From Comamonadaceae bacterium (GTDB lineage: Bacteria > Pseudomonadota > Gammaproteobacteria > Burkholderiales > Burkholderiaceae_C), in the NCBI GenBank assembly GCA_947455465.1, contig CANGNS010000002.1, forward strand, positions 82,424 to 114,423: DNA of 32,000 nucleotides, read 5' to 3'. The notes under the pieces are model-generated. The model was not told where the DNA came from, did not search any database, and was given only the letters and a program-made list of their open reading frames with translations. A program made the translations under genes and the position numbers. Positions 1-8,379 of this stretch are shown here, piece by piece; the first letter of the stretch is position 1, and the number at the start of each line of letters is the position of its first letter.

Positions 1-1172
1 ACCACATGGTGGCTGCCCCAACCGTGGTCGGAGCCGTCGCCGTTGGACGAGAGCGTGCGGCCAAAGTCCGAGGCGGTAAAGCTGGTCACCATCTGGTCCA
101 TACCCAGGCCCTGCATGGCATCGTCAAATTCTTTGCAGGCCTGGCTCAGGCGGTTGAGCAGCACCGGGTGCTGCACCGCCAGGTTGTCGTGCAGGTCAAA
201 ACCGCCCATGCCCACCAAAAACACCTGGCGGCGCAAGCCCAGAACGGCCTGCTTTTCAATCAGCCGGGCCACCATCTTGAGCTGGGACGACAAGGTGTTG
301 GTAGCGCTGGTCGGAAACCAGGCATTCATGGTGGCGCTGGAGGTGGTGCCCACGGCGGCCAGCAGCGCGTCATAGGTGTTGAGCGCGCTGCGGGTGATCT
401 GGTTGTAATCGCTGGCAAAAATGCCGGTCGGGCTTTGGGTCATCAAGGTCTTGAGCGCGGCGGCAGCGGTGGCGGAGCCAAACAGCGCATTGGCTTTGAT
501 AGCGTTGACCGTGCTGGGGCCGGTGGCACTCATTTGGTAGGTCAGCGCCTGCTGGCCCGAGGTAAATACCGCGTTGCCATTGACCGAGATACAGGTCAGC
601 GCCGATTTCGCATTGCTGCTTTGCCACAGGTCGGCGGCGCGGCCGCCCCAGCCGGTGGCGGCGCCCTCGGCTTTGAAGGTCGATTGCCAGTAAGCCTGCT
701 GGTCGTTGTGCGAAAACAGCTTGGGCGGCAGCGGAACCGATTTGGCGTTGTACTGCGCCAGCGTGGTGGGCACGATGAGCGGGCCCACATTCATCACCAA
801 GCCGGCGCGCCCCGCTTCAAACAGGCCTTTGAGCGCCGTCATTTCCGGGTTCAGCGCCATTTGGCGCCCGTCTGGCAGGGCTTTGCTCAGCGCGGTGGGA
901 GCCAAATAGTTGCGGGCCAATGCGATACCGTCGTAATTCGTGCCCAAGGCGATGGGGCCTTTGCGGATGGCGTAGTAGGCGGCGTGGGAATCGACGTCGT
1001 AGGGCAAGACCATGTTGTAGTGGTCATTGGCGCCATACATAAAGATGCACACCAGGGCCTTGTAATCGTTGGCCGTCTGCGCGCTGGCCTCGGCGGCCAG
1101 GGCCAGCGAGCCCAGCAGGCCGGCGCTGTGGCGCAGCATGTCGCGGCGGGTCAGGGGCAATGCGTGTTTCAT
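1..1172 (-). CDS. DUF1501 family (sulfatase-like, Tat-exported) protein; 3' end lies beyond the window
   Basis: Not in the ORF track because it runs off the left edge. The reverse strand from ATG 1172-1170 reads MKHALPLTRRDMLRHSAGLLGSLALAAEASA, a twin-arginine signal. At the window edge the same frame reads GDGSDHGWGSHHV, the DUF1501 C-terminal signature. Its ATG overlaps the upstream DUF1800 stop as ATGA (1172-1169). Confidence 0.8.
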   Translation of the reverse strand, partial: MKHALPLTRRDMLRHSAGLLGSLALAAEASAQTANDYKALVCIFMYGANDHYNMVLPYDVDSHAAYYAIRKGPIALGTNYDGIALARNYLAPTALSKALPDGRQMALNPEMTALKGLFEAGRAGLVMNVGPLIVPTTLAQYNAKSVPLPPKLFSHNDQQAYWQSTFKAEGAATGWGGRAADLWQSSNAKSALTCISVNGNAVFTSGQQALTYQMSATGPSTVNAIKANALFGSATAAAALKTLMTQSPTGIFASDYNQITRSALNTYDALLAAVGTTSSATMNAWFPTSATNTLSSQLKMVARLIEKQAVLGLRRQVFLVGMGGFDLHDNLAVQHPVLLNRLSQACKEFDDAMQGLGMDQMVTSFTASDFGRTLSSNGDGSDHGWGSHHV

Positions 1173-2908
1173 TTCTGCACCAAATAGTCGGTGCTGGCCA
1201 TGACCAGCGTAAGGGCGGCATAAACGCGGTTGAGTTTGCCCGCGTCGGTGGTAGCGGCAATCGAGGTCACCGCCTGCGTAATGAGCGTGGCATTGGCCGC
1301 TTGCAGCGCACCGCCGGCCAGGCACTGGTTGAGCCAAGCCACCAAGGCGCTCGGGTCGGTGGCCAGCGTGAGCTCGTAGGTGTAATCGGCCTTGATAGTG
1401 CGCGCATTGTTGACCGTGCCGGCCAGATAATTGATATAGCCCACCACCGTGGGTTCGGCACTGATCTGGAACTCCGGCGCCACCCAGTTTTGCGCTGCAA
1501 TGGCCGAGTTAGGCGGCACATAGCCCGGCCGGAAAAAATTGAACACACTGGGCGCACGCAGCGGCATTTGGCCCAGGGCGGTATCGGCGTCGGTAAGCCC
1601 CAGGTTCCACAAGCCGTCGGCATTGCTCGCACCGAAAGTGCGCCCCCACTGCACGATGCGCAGCACCGGCTCGCGCAGCTTGCCAAAGCCAGCCAAAGTG
1701 CCTGGCGCACGCGCCTCGGCGTCCAGCCAAATGGCCTGGAACACGGCTCGCAAATCGCCGCGCACGCCAGCGCCATTGTTGGCAAAGACCGTCGATACAC
1801 GGGCCACATAAGCGCCGCTCGGGTTGCTGGTAACCAGGCGCTGGATCAGCTGTTTGCTGATAAAGGTGGCGGTATTGGGGTGGTTAAACAGAGTGTCCAG
1901 CGCAACTTTGAGGTCGCCCGCGCCGTCTACGGTGGTGCGGGCGGCAATCGTCTGGCCCAAAAAACGTTTTTCTTCCGTGCTGTGCAGCGCGCCGGTCAGC
2001 ACCATGGGCACCACATGGCGGTAGGCAGCGGGCGCCAGTACGCCGCTTGGGTCGTTGGCCGTCGATGCATTCCAGCCGGTGAAAACTTTGGCCAGGCCCT
2101 GAATGTCGGTGTTGTCGTAGGTTTCTTGCGGGTTGCCGCTGGCGTCCAGTGCCAAGGAGCCGTCGGTCTGCAAGCGGTACAGGCCGATGGTAAAGAGCTG
2201 CATGACCTCGCGGGCGTAGTTTTCGTCCGGCAGTCGGCCGGTGACCGGGTCGGCTTTCTGGTTGCCCTTCATATTGAGATACGAGCCCATGGCCGAGGAC
2301 AAGGTGATGGCGTCCAACAACGTGCGGAAATTGCCAAACGCGTTTTTCTCGAGAATGTCCCAATAATTGGCCAGCGCGAAGTTTTTCCAGGTCACCGCCC
2401 CCAAACCCAGGGACGATACGACGAAGATTTCCGACAAAGCCAGCGCAGCGCGTTGGCGTACCGCGTCGGGCGCGGCGAACAGCTTGTACCAAATGGCATT
2501 GGGCCAGCCACCGTCGCCATTGATATTGCCGTTAACGCTGGCGTCAGCAAAGCCTTTGGCGATCAGCCAGTCGGTCATGCTTTGAGATGGCGCCATGTCC
2601 ATTTGTTCGGCCAGCCACGCCGACGCGCCTTTTTGGGTCATGGCCTCCAGTGCGGCCCGGTTACCGCCCAAGCCCGCCTGGTTGATCAGGCGGCTGGCAG
2701 AAGCAGCGTCAGGGAGCGCGTTGGTGGAAACGGGGGCTTGTGCGCCGCCGCTACCCCCACTGGCCCCTGCGCTAGCACTGGCGGTAGATGCGCCTCCTCC
2801 TCCTCCGCCGCAAGCGGCCAGGGTGAGCGCGGATGCAGAGACACCCAGCAGGCGCTCGGGGCCGGGATGGGTAGGGAGTAGGTCGGCTTGCGCAGCGCTG
2901 GTTTGCAT
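1169..2908 (-). CDS. DUF1800 family lipoprotein
   Basis: Track ORF 1169..3082 trimmed to the Met at 2908 (MQTSAAQ...ALTLAAC lipobox followed by a Gly/Ser linker). Motifs PDENYAREVMQLFTIG and LLDAITLSSAMGSYLN are typical of DUF1800. It forms the canonical DUF1800-DUF1501 pair. Confidence 0.8.
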   Translation of the reverse strand: MQTSAAQADLLPTHPGPERLLGVSASALTLAACGGGGGGASTASASAGASGGSGGAQAPVSTNALPDAASASRLINQAGLGGNRAALEAMTQKGASAWLAEQMDMAPSQSMTDWLIAKGFADASVNGNINGDGGWPNAIWYKLFAAPDAVRQRAALALSEIFVVSSLGLGAVTWKNFALANYWDILEKNAFGNFRTLLDAITLSSAMGSYLNMKGNQKADPVTGRLPDENYAREVMQLFTIGLYRLQTDGSLALDASGNPQETYDNTDIQGLAKVFTGWNASTANDPSGVLAPAAYRHVVPMVLTGALHSTEEKRFLGQTIAARTTVDGAGDLKVALDTLFNHPNTATFISKQLIQRLVTSNPSGAYVARVSTVFANNGAGVRGDLRAVFQAIWLDAEARAPGTLAGFGKLREPVLRIVQWGRTFGASNADGLWNLGLTDADTALGQMPLRAPSVFNFFRPGYVPPNSAIAAQNWVAPEFQISAEPTVVGYINYLAGTVNNARTIKADYTYELTLATDPSALVAWLNQCLAGGALQAANATLITQAVTSIAATTDAGKLNRVYAALTLVMASTDYLVQK

Positions 2909-3018
2909 GAACGCGTACCCCAAAACCAAACCCTCGCCACAGGCAATGGATGGGCCGCGACATGCGGGCTGTGGGGACTTGGGTGGGTTAAGTATTACAC
3001 GAAGCCGTGAACGCCCCG

Positions 3019-3032
3019 TGGCGGAAGCTGTG
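3019..3032. repeat. att core copy distal to the tRNA (TGGCGGAAGCTGTG)
   Basis: Identical to the last 14 nt of the tRNA-Ser gene at 26264-26277. Similarity stops at both edges of the 14-mer. Confidence 0.75.
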
Positions 3033-3160
3033 TCAGCATATGACATGCTTTTTACCCGTCTTTTTATATCCAATAAAAACAAAAAAATACTTATATATCA
3101 ACAGCTTAGGCATCTTTTTGTCCAAAATAGAATTTTTGCAATTTGACAAATCTGAGGAAA

Positions 3161-3190
3161 AAGTGTATCTTTTAGTGTATCTTTTTTAGA
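3161..3190 (+). repeat. Tandem pair of GTGTATCTTT decamers, a possible integrase arm-type site, 17 nt upstream of the int start
   Basis: AAGTGTATCTTTTAGTGTATCTTTTTTAGA here matches AAGTGTATCTTTGGGTGTATCTTTTTAGA at 26186-26214, in the same orientation and just inside the two island ends. Confidence 0.4.
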
Positions 3191-3206
3191 GAAAATTGCT
3201 TAAAAA

Positions 3207-4412
3207 ATGAGCAAACTCAATGCCCTCAAAATCAAGTCAATCAGCAAAATCGGTATGCATTCTGACGGTGGTGGATTGTACTTAAAGGTGCAATCATCAG
3301 CGAAAACTAGCTCAGTAAACAAAAGTTGGATTTTTCGATGGGGAGCAAAAGGCGCAAACACAATGGGGTTGGGGTCGCTCCGAGATGTGTCGCTGTCAGA
3401 GGCAAGGGGGTTAGCAAGCGAGTGTCACAGAATGGTTGCTCGTGGACTAAATCCCCGCGATGAACGTGAAAAACTTAAATCTGAACGGCTCGCAAAAGCA
3501 TCAAGCTCCATCACTTTCATGGCTGCGTCTGAGCAATACATTGAGACTCACCACCACTCTTGGAAAAATGTAAAGCATAAGCAGCAATGGGAGAAAACGC
3601 TTGAAACATATGCCCATCCAAAGATTGGAAATGTATCCTGTGCTGATGTGACAAAGGCGCAGGTGCTTTCAATCTTGAAGCCAATCTGGACTGAGAAGCA
3701 CGAGACTGCAACAAGATTGCGTGGTCGCATTGAATCAGTGCTGGATTGGGCAATAGCTAAAGGCTACAGAACAGAACCGAATCCCGCAGTTCTTAAAGGC
3801 AATTTGCAGCCGCTACTGCCTTACTTGCAAAAGCGTCAGCGCATCAAGCATCACAACGCCATGCACTATGACGATGTTCCCAAATTCTTCGCCACGATCA
3901 AAGACGATCCAACTATTTCGGCCCGTGCACTGGTGTTTTGCTTACTGACAGCGACAAGAACATCAGAAGCAGTGAATGCCACCTGGAAAGAAATTGACTT
4001 TGCGAAAAATACTTGGATCATTCCCAAAGAAAGAATGAAGCGCGGAATTGAGCACCGAGTGCCACTAGCATCTCAGGTGTGTGAGATGCTGGGGTTCATT
4101 AAGAGAGCCAACAATGACTTTGTTTTTTGCAGTGAGGTACGAAAAACTAAACCAATTTCAAACATGACAATGTTGCAATTTCTTCAACGTAAAGAAGGGC
4201 TGGAGAAGCTAACGGTTCATGGGTTTAGATCATCATTCAGAGACTGGGCTGCTGAAAAAGGAAACTTCGCAAGGGAAGTTTGTGAGCAGGCATTGGCTCA
4301 CGCATTGAAAGATCAGACGGAGGCAGCTTATCAACGGGCTGACTACTTTGAGAAGCGGACTGCGTTGATGCAGGAATGGGCAGACTACTGCTTTGGCGAA
4401 AAAAGTAGATGA
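3207..4412 (+). CDS. int: P4-type tyrosine integrase
   Basis: N-terminal arm-binding-type domain (LKIKSISKIGMHSDGGGLYLKV...WIFRW). Catalytic residues lie in LLTATRTSE (R), HGFRSSFRDWA (HxxR) and LAHAL...AAYQRAD (H, Y). Confidence 0.9.
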   Translation: MSKLNALKIKSISKIGMHSDGGGLYLKVQSSAKTSSVNKSWIFRWGAKGANTMGLGSLRDVSLSEARGLASECHRMVARGLNPRDEREKLKSERLAKASSSITFMAASEQYIETHHHSWKNVKHKQQWEKTLETYAHPKIGNVSCADVTKAQVLSILKPIWTEKHETATRLRGRIESVLDWAIAKGYRTEPNPAVLKGNLQPLLPYLQKRQRIKHHNAMHYDDVPKFFATIKDDPTISARALVFCLLTATRTSEAVNATWKEIDFAKNTWIIPKERMKRGIEHRVPLASQVCEMLGFIKRANNDFVFCSEVRKTKPISNMTMLQFLQRKEGLEKLTVHGFRSSFRDWAAEKGNFAREVCEQALAHALKDQTEAAYQRADYFEKRTALMQEWADYCFGEKSR

Positions 4413-4451
4413 ATCAGCCCTCGTTGATTCACCTACTCTTTCTGAGAAGCA

Positions 4452-4643
4452 CTAGCTCTTATTGATAAGAGCCAAGATTTCAGACTCACGCCAGCAAGTC
4501 GTCTTTGGTCCCAGTTTTATGGGCTGTGGAAATCTGCCTTCTGCCACGCCTTGCCACCAAGCCGCTTTTGAGATTGGCAGGTAGCCAAAAGAAGCTCCCT
4601 TCTTGTCACGTACGATATCTTTAACTCTTAATAACTTATCCAT
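4452..4643 (-). CDS. alpA: AlpA-family excisionase/transcriptional regulator
   Basis: 63 aa. LLRVKDIV...ISKAAWWQGVAEGRFPQPIKLGPKTTCWRESEI matches the AlpA/Xis MerR-like HTH signature. The gene is convergent with int. Confidence 0.85.
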   Translation of the reverse strand: MDKLLRVKDIVRDKKGASFGYLPISKAAWWQGVAEGRFPQPIKLGPKTTCWRESEILALINKS

Positions 4644-4702
4644 AAATAAAAACCCTTAAAAATTGCATCATTAAATTATTGAAATTTATACTTCAATTGA
4701 TT

Positions 4703-5218
4703 TTAAGAATTTAATGCCATTAAATTCTCCTCTTCAGTCTCACTACCAACTGACGGACCTGAAATTATTGAAAATCTCTGTGCCGCCCCATCGGAATGGA
4801 TGCGTATTTTTCCAAAACAAACATACCGAAGTTTCTCATTTGAGCAAAATGCAATTTCAATCCATCCAGAATTCAGAAAAGGGGAAATTGCATCTCTGAT
4901 ATCAGATAATGTTGCATCCTCCTCTTCTGATTCATCCACATTATCCCAATCCTCATTATTCATTTCAGAAGGCAATTTTTTATAATCCACATCATCAGTA
5001 TCGCAATAACAATGAAACATGGTGTACTTTGTGGGGGAAACTGTAGGATACTGAGAACAATAATCAGAACGAAAAATTGAATTCTCCTCATCGTCAAAAA
5101 TCCATTTGCCACCCGAAGTATCCCAAACAAAATTATTCAATGCATCTGCAAGCATTGAATAATTAATCTGACATTCGTCTGACTTTGTAAAAGTAAAAAC
5201 GCCATATGAATCAGCCAT
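4703..5218 (-). CDS. Hypothetical acidic protein
   Basis: 171-aa ORF with no competing frame and acidic runs (DNVDESEEEDATLSD, SETEEEN). No family recognised. Confidence 0.55.
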   Translation of the reverse strand: MADSYGVFTFTKSDECQINYSMLADALNNFVWDTSGGKWIFDDEENSIFRSDYCSQYPTVSPTKYTMFHCYCDTDDVDYKKLPSEMNNEDWDNVDESEEEDATLSDIRDAISPFLNSGWIEIAFCSNEKLRYVCFGKIRIHSDGAAQRFSIISGPSVGSETEEENLMALNS

Positions 5219-5556
5219 AAAATCACCTTTATATAAAGTAAACCTACCACTACCTCAATATTTGCCACACCATGCAACAAATTACTTTCAAATCTCAGCG
5301 TAGTCGCTGAAATTGAATCTATGAATGTCGCTTATGAAATCTGATAATTCATAAATCACATCTAGCGACAGATTGCTAAATGGATCGACAGATCAATCTC
5401 TGTCAATGCTAATCATCAATATACTGTCTTTATAATGAATATAATTCATGTTTAATTTCTTACTTGTCTTCATATTTGCTCCAAATTTAATTTAAAAATC
5501 TAAAATATCAAAAGAATCAATTATCTGATTCAGACTCTAGTTTATTGCAAAACACA

Positions 5557-5783
5557 TTTTTTGATAATCTGTTTTGTGTGGACCACTCAACTTGAATAAT
5601 CCACTTGAATCTAAATGATCTAATTGACTCAGGACTCAGTATATAGATAAAGGTGCTTTTTGATAATCTATTCTGCGTGGACCACTCATATTTAAATTAC
5701 CCATCGCGGGACAGATTTCCCTAAATGCAAATATTAATATACCAATTTTGAACTGATTTGATAATGAGTTTATAGTGGACCAA
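5557..5783 (+). promoter_or_regulatory. Three phased copies of TTGATAAT-N9-GTGGACCA(C/A), operator-like
   Basis: TTGATAAT lies at 5561, 5660 and 5758. GTGGACCAC lies at 5578 and 5677, and GTGGACCAA at 5775. The spacer is always 9 nt and copies are 99 and 98 bp apart. GTGGACCAC is a 9-bp palindrome. Confidence 0.5.
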
Positions 5784-6133
5784 GCATGTTTATAAGTAAT
5801 ACGCTTACAGATTAAGGATTACTATAAAAGGAGTTTTTCTGTTCCAAATTGAACAACTTCTATAGCTAAGGGGCGGCGGTCGAAGCTGGTGCACTCGCCA
5901 AAGTAGCCTAGCGAATGTGAATTGAATGCTTTGAGCGATCCAACTTGCGAGCTACTTGCAGCTCAGACAAGTACGAGCATAGGACGCAAAAGTTCAATGG
6001 GATAAGCTGACATCAGTCAGTGCTAACACAATTAGAGCGTTAGACTGAACAAAGTGCTTGACAGATCAGTGTAGTTGATTCACAGTTGAAGACGTGTGGA
6101 CCTTAATATTAATTATGAAAAATACTCATTGAT

Positions 6134-6454
6134 ATGAAAAAAACAATAAGTAAATTAAATGAACATTATTTCATAATTTCATTTTTACTGGCGTCAGGTT
6201 TCGCCAACCCCGCCGCTAGTCAAGATATAATATATCGATGCGGTAAAGAATACACAAATATTATAATTGATCGCAAATATGGAGAATGTATAAGGATAAC
6301 TCTTACCGATAAAGAATGGAAAGATGAGAAAATTCGAATGGATTTATTGCATAAGTGCACCATGGAAGCGGCGAAGGCTCCTACTATGGGTGGCGTAAAT
6401 ATCGGCGTTGAAAGTTGCAAAAAAAGGTATCCTGAAATAATTCGATATCAATGA
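6134..6454 (+). CDS. Small secreted Cys-containing protein, hypothetical
   Basis: N-terminal signal-like segment MKKTISKLNEHYFIISFLLASGFANPAASQ. No family recognised with confidence. Confidence 0.5.
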   Translation: MKKTISKLNEHYFIISFLLASGFANPAASQDIIYRCGKEYTNIIIDRKYGECIRITLTDKEWKDEKIRMDLLHKCTMEAAKAPTMGGVNIGVESCKKRYPEIIRYQ

Positions 6455-6553
6455 TCAATATTTTTATTTAAGATTAAAAAATGCAGTCCTATTAAATGTT
6501 TACATAAAAAATATATTGCATACAAAAATATATTGATATAACGACCATAATAG

Positions 6554-7279
6554 ATGGAATCGCAAATGAAAAATCCACCATGGTCACGTGACGAACACAT
6601 AGTTGCACTTGACTTTTACTTGAAGCATACGCCGCAGATTCCTGGCAAAGAATCAAAGGAAGTAATTCAGCTTAGCGAACTACTAAACAACATTGAAGGC
6701 AAGATTCAAGGCGATAGGACTGAGACTTATCGCAATCCTGCAGGTGTCTACATGAAGTTAATGAACTTCCGAAGGTTTGATCCAGGATACAAAGGCGTGG
6801 GTCTTGCAAACGGAAGTAAAGATGAACAGGTTGTTTGGGATCTGTACGCAAATAAGAAAGACGAACTTTCAAAGTTGGCTGTACAAATTGCACTTTTCAT
6901 GGCGTCAAATGAAGTCAAAGAAACGCTACCTGCTTTAGAGGCTGATGAGGAAGAAGGCAACGAAGGACAATTGCTTAGTAGAGTGCATCGCTATCGTGAG
7001 CGAGATCGGAAATTAGTCAAAAAGGCAAAAGATAAATTTGCGAATGAAAATGGTCGCATATTTTGTCAAGCATGTGGATTTGACTTTGAAACGAAATATG
7101 GTTCAAGAGGTGCAGATTTCATTGAATGTCACCACACTAAGCCCGTTTCTGAACTAGAGGCTAACGGGAAGACTAAAGTCGCTGATCTAGTCCTTCTTTG
7201 CTCAAATTGCCATCGCATTGTTCATAGACGCAAGCCATGGCTAACATTCGCTGAATTGAAGGCTCAGTTGCAACATTAG
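6554..7279 (+). CDS. HNH endonuclease of the predicted restriction endonuclease (COG3183-like) type
   Basis: The C-terminus reads RVHRYRERDRKLVKKAK...CQACGFDFETKYGSRGADFIECHHTKPVSEL...DLVLLCSNCHRIVH. The N-terminal domain reads PPWSRDEHIVALDFYLKH...YMKLMNFRRFDP...SKDEQVVWDLY, as usual for this family. Confidence 0.85.
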   Translation: MESQMKNPPWSRDEHIVALDFYLKHTPQIPGKESKEVIQLSELLNNIEGKIQGDRTETYRNPAGVYMKLMNFRRFDPGYKGVGLANGSKDEQVVWDLYANKKDELSKLAVQIALFMASNEVKETLPALEADEEEGNEGQLLSRVHRYRERDRKLVKKAKDKFANENGRIFCQACGFDFETKYGSRGADFIECHHTKPVSELEANGKTKVADLVLLCSNCHRIVHRRKPWLTFAELKAQLQH

Positions 7280-7291
7280 CCAATAAAAGAG

Positions 7292-8290
7292 TTGTTCGTG
7301 AAATACCAAGAACTTCAACACTTCATCGCATCTGAGATGCGAATGTCACAAATCTATCAGCCAATCATGTTGATTGAGTTGCTAAAGAACAATGGTAGTG
7401 CATCAGTCAATCAAATCGCTCAAGCAATCCTCAACAAAGACCCAACACAGATTGAGTACTTCTCACTTATAGTGAAGAACATGGTTGGCAAGGTTCTGAC
7501 GAAGAATCGTGGTATCACGGAAAAGAATAAAGACACATACACTTTGATTGGCAGTGATGGACTCACAACTGATCAAATCAAATTATTGATTGATCTTTGC
7601 CAACAAAAGATTGATGAGTTTGAACAAAAGCGCGGCGACAGCGTGTGGAGTCATCGTAGGCGTGGACACAGACCAATTAGTGGATCAGTCAGATATGAAG
7701 TTCTCAGCCGTGCGAAGGGACGTTGCGAACTGTGTGGCATTTCTAATGAAGAGAAGATGCTCGAAGTTGATCACATCTTTCCAAAGTCGCTTGGTGGCAA
7801 AGATGAACTGTCCAACTACCAAGCACTTTGCTATTCGTGCAATGCTGCGAAACGCAATACAGACGACACAGACTTTCGCTTGTTCAAGACCATGTACGAA
7901 CATCGTGAAGCGAATTGTTTGTTCTGCGACGTTCAGTCGAATGATAGATCACGTATCGTCAGCGAGAATAATTTAGCGTATGCGATGCGTGATGGATTTC
8001 CAGTCACGCACGGTCATACATTGTTCATCCCCAAGCGCCATGTGTTGGACTACTTTGGATTGACTCAGGCAGAGACAAACGCGGTGAATAGTCTCATACA
8101 GGAGCAGAAGAAATTATTGCAAGCTAGCGATAAGAGTATTGATGGGTTCAACATTGGCATGAACTGTGGCTCAAGTGCTGGGCAGACAGTCTTTCACTGC
8201 CATGTGCATCTAATCCCTAGACGCGCTGGCGATGTTGAGAATCCGCGTGGTGGCGTTAGACATGTGATCAGTGGTAAAGGCTATTACTGA
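7292..8290 (+). CDS. Three-domain fusion: N-terminal winged-helix-like region, HNH nuclease, C-terminal HIT (histidine triad) domain
   Basis: HNH motif: CELCGISNEEKMLEVDHIFPKSLGGKDELSNYQALCYSCNAAKRN. HIT motif: FPVTHGHTLFIPKRHV...GFNIGMNCGSSAGQTVFHCHVHLIPRRAGD. The start is uncertain: TTG at 7292, GTG at 7298 or ATG at 7337. Confidence 0.85.
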   Translation: MFVKYQELQHFIASEMRMSQIYQPIMLIELLKNNGSASVNQIAQAILNKDPTQIEYFSLIVKNMVGKVLTKNRGITEKNKDTYTLIGSDGLTTDQIKLLIDLCQQKIDEFEQKRGDSVWSHRRRGHRPISGSVRYEVLSRAKGRCELCGISNEEKMLEVDHIFPKSLGGKDELSNYQALCYSCNAAKRNTDDTDFRLFKTMYEHREANCLFCDVQSNDRSRIVSENNLAYAMRDGFPVTHGHTLFIPKRHVLDYFGLTQAETNAVNSLIQEQKKLLQASDKSIDGFNIGMNCGSSAGQTVFHCHVHLIPRRAGDVENPRGGVRHVISGKGYY

Positions 8291-8379
8291 AACCGCATGT
8301 GACTCCATGCCCAACGTTTTTTTAATTTTTATGATGTGCCACTCCATCAAGTCTTGATGAATAACATGACGAGGTTGCT

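Noticed and set aside
6-2881. Long plus-strand ORFs 6..1187 (393 aa) and 1160..2881 (573 aa), plus many nested ORFs in the GC-rich left flank
   Set aside because: Their Gly/Ala/Arg/Val-rich low-complexity translations are typical of shadow frames in GC-rich DNA. The opposite strand encodes recognisable DUF1501 and DUF1800 proteins over the same span.
2909-3082. N-terminal 58-codon extension of the DUF1800 ORF in the track (start at 3082)
   Set aside because: The extension crosses the 14-bp att core into AT-rich island DNA. Met 2908 is followed by a lipoprotein signal and is the plausible native start.
5557-5783. Possible CRISPR array or replication iterons, given the regularly spaced repeats
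   Set aside because: Only ~26 nt of each ~99-bp unit is conserved and the copies are degenerate. There are only two or three copies per locus and no cas genes. The spacing is far larger than typical iterons. An operator array is the better reading, although an origin function is not excluded.
5857-6133. Retron-type or other RT-associated ncRNA
   Set aside because: No reverse transcriptase gene exists anywhere in the window.
7590-7976. Nested 128-aa ORF inside the HNH-HIT gene, and similar nested ORFs in other island genes (for example 9060..9254, 10115..10366, 12564..12857, 15254..15634, 22304..22765)
   Set aside because: Each lies wholly within a longer ORF that has recognisable motifs or better coding continuity. 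None has a motif of its own.
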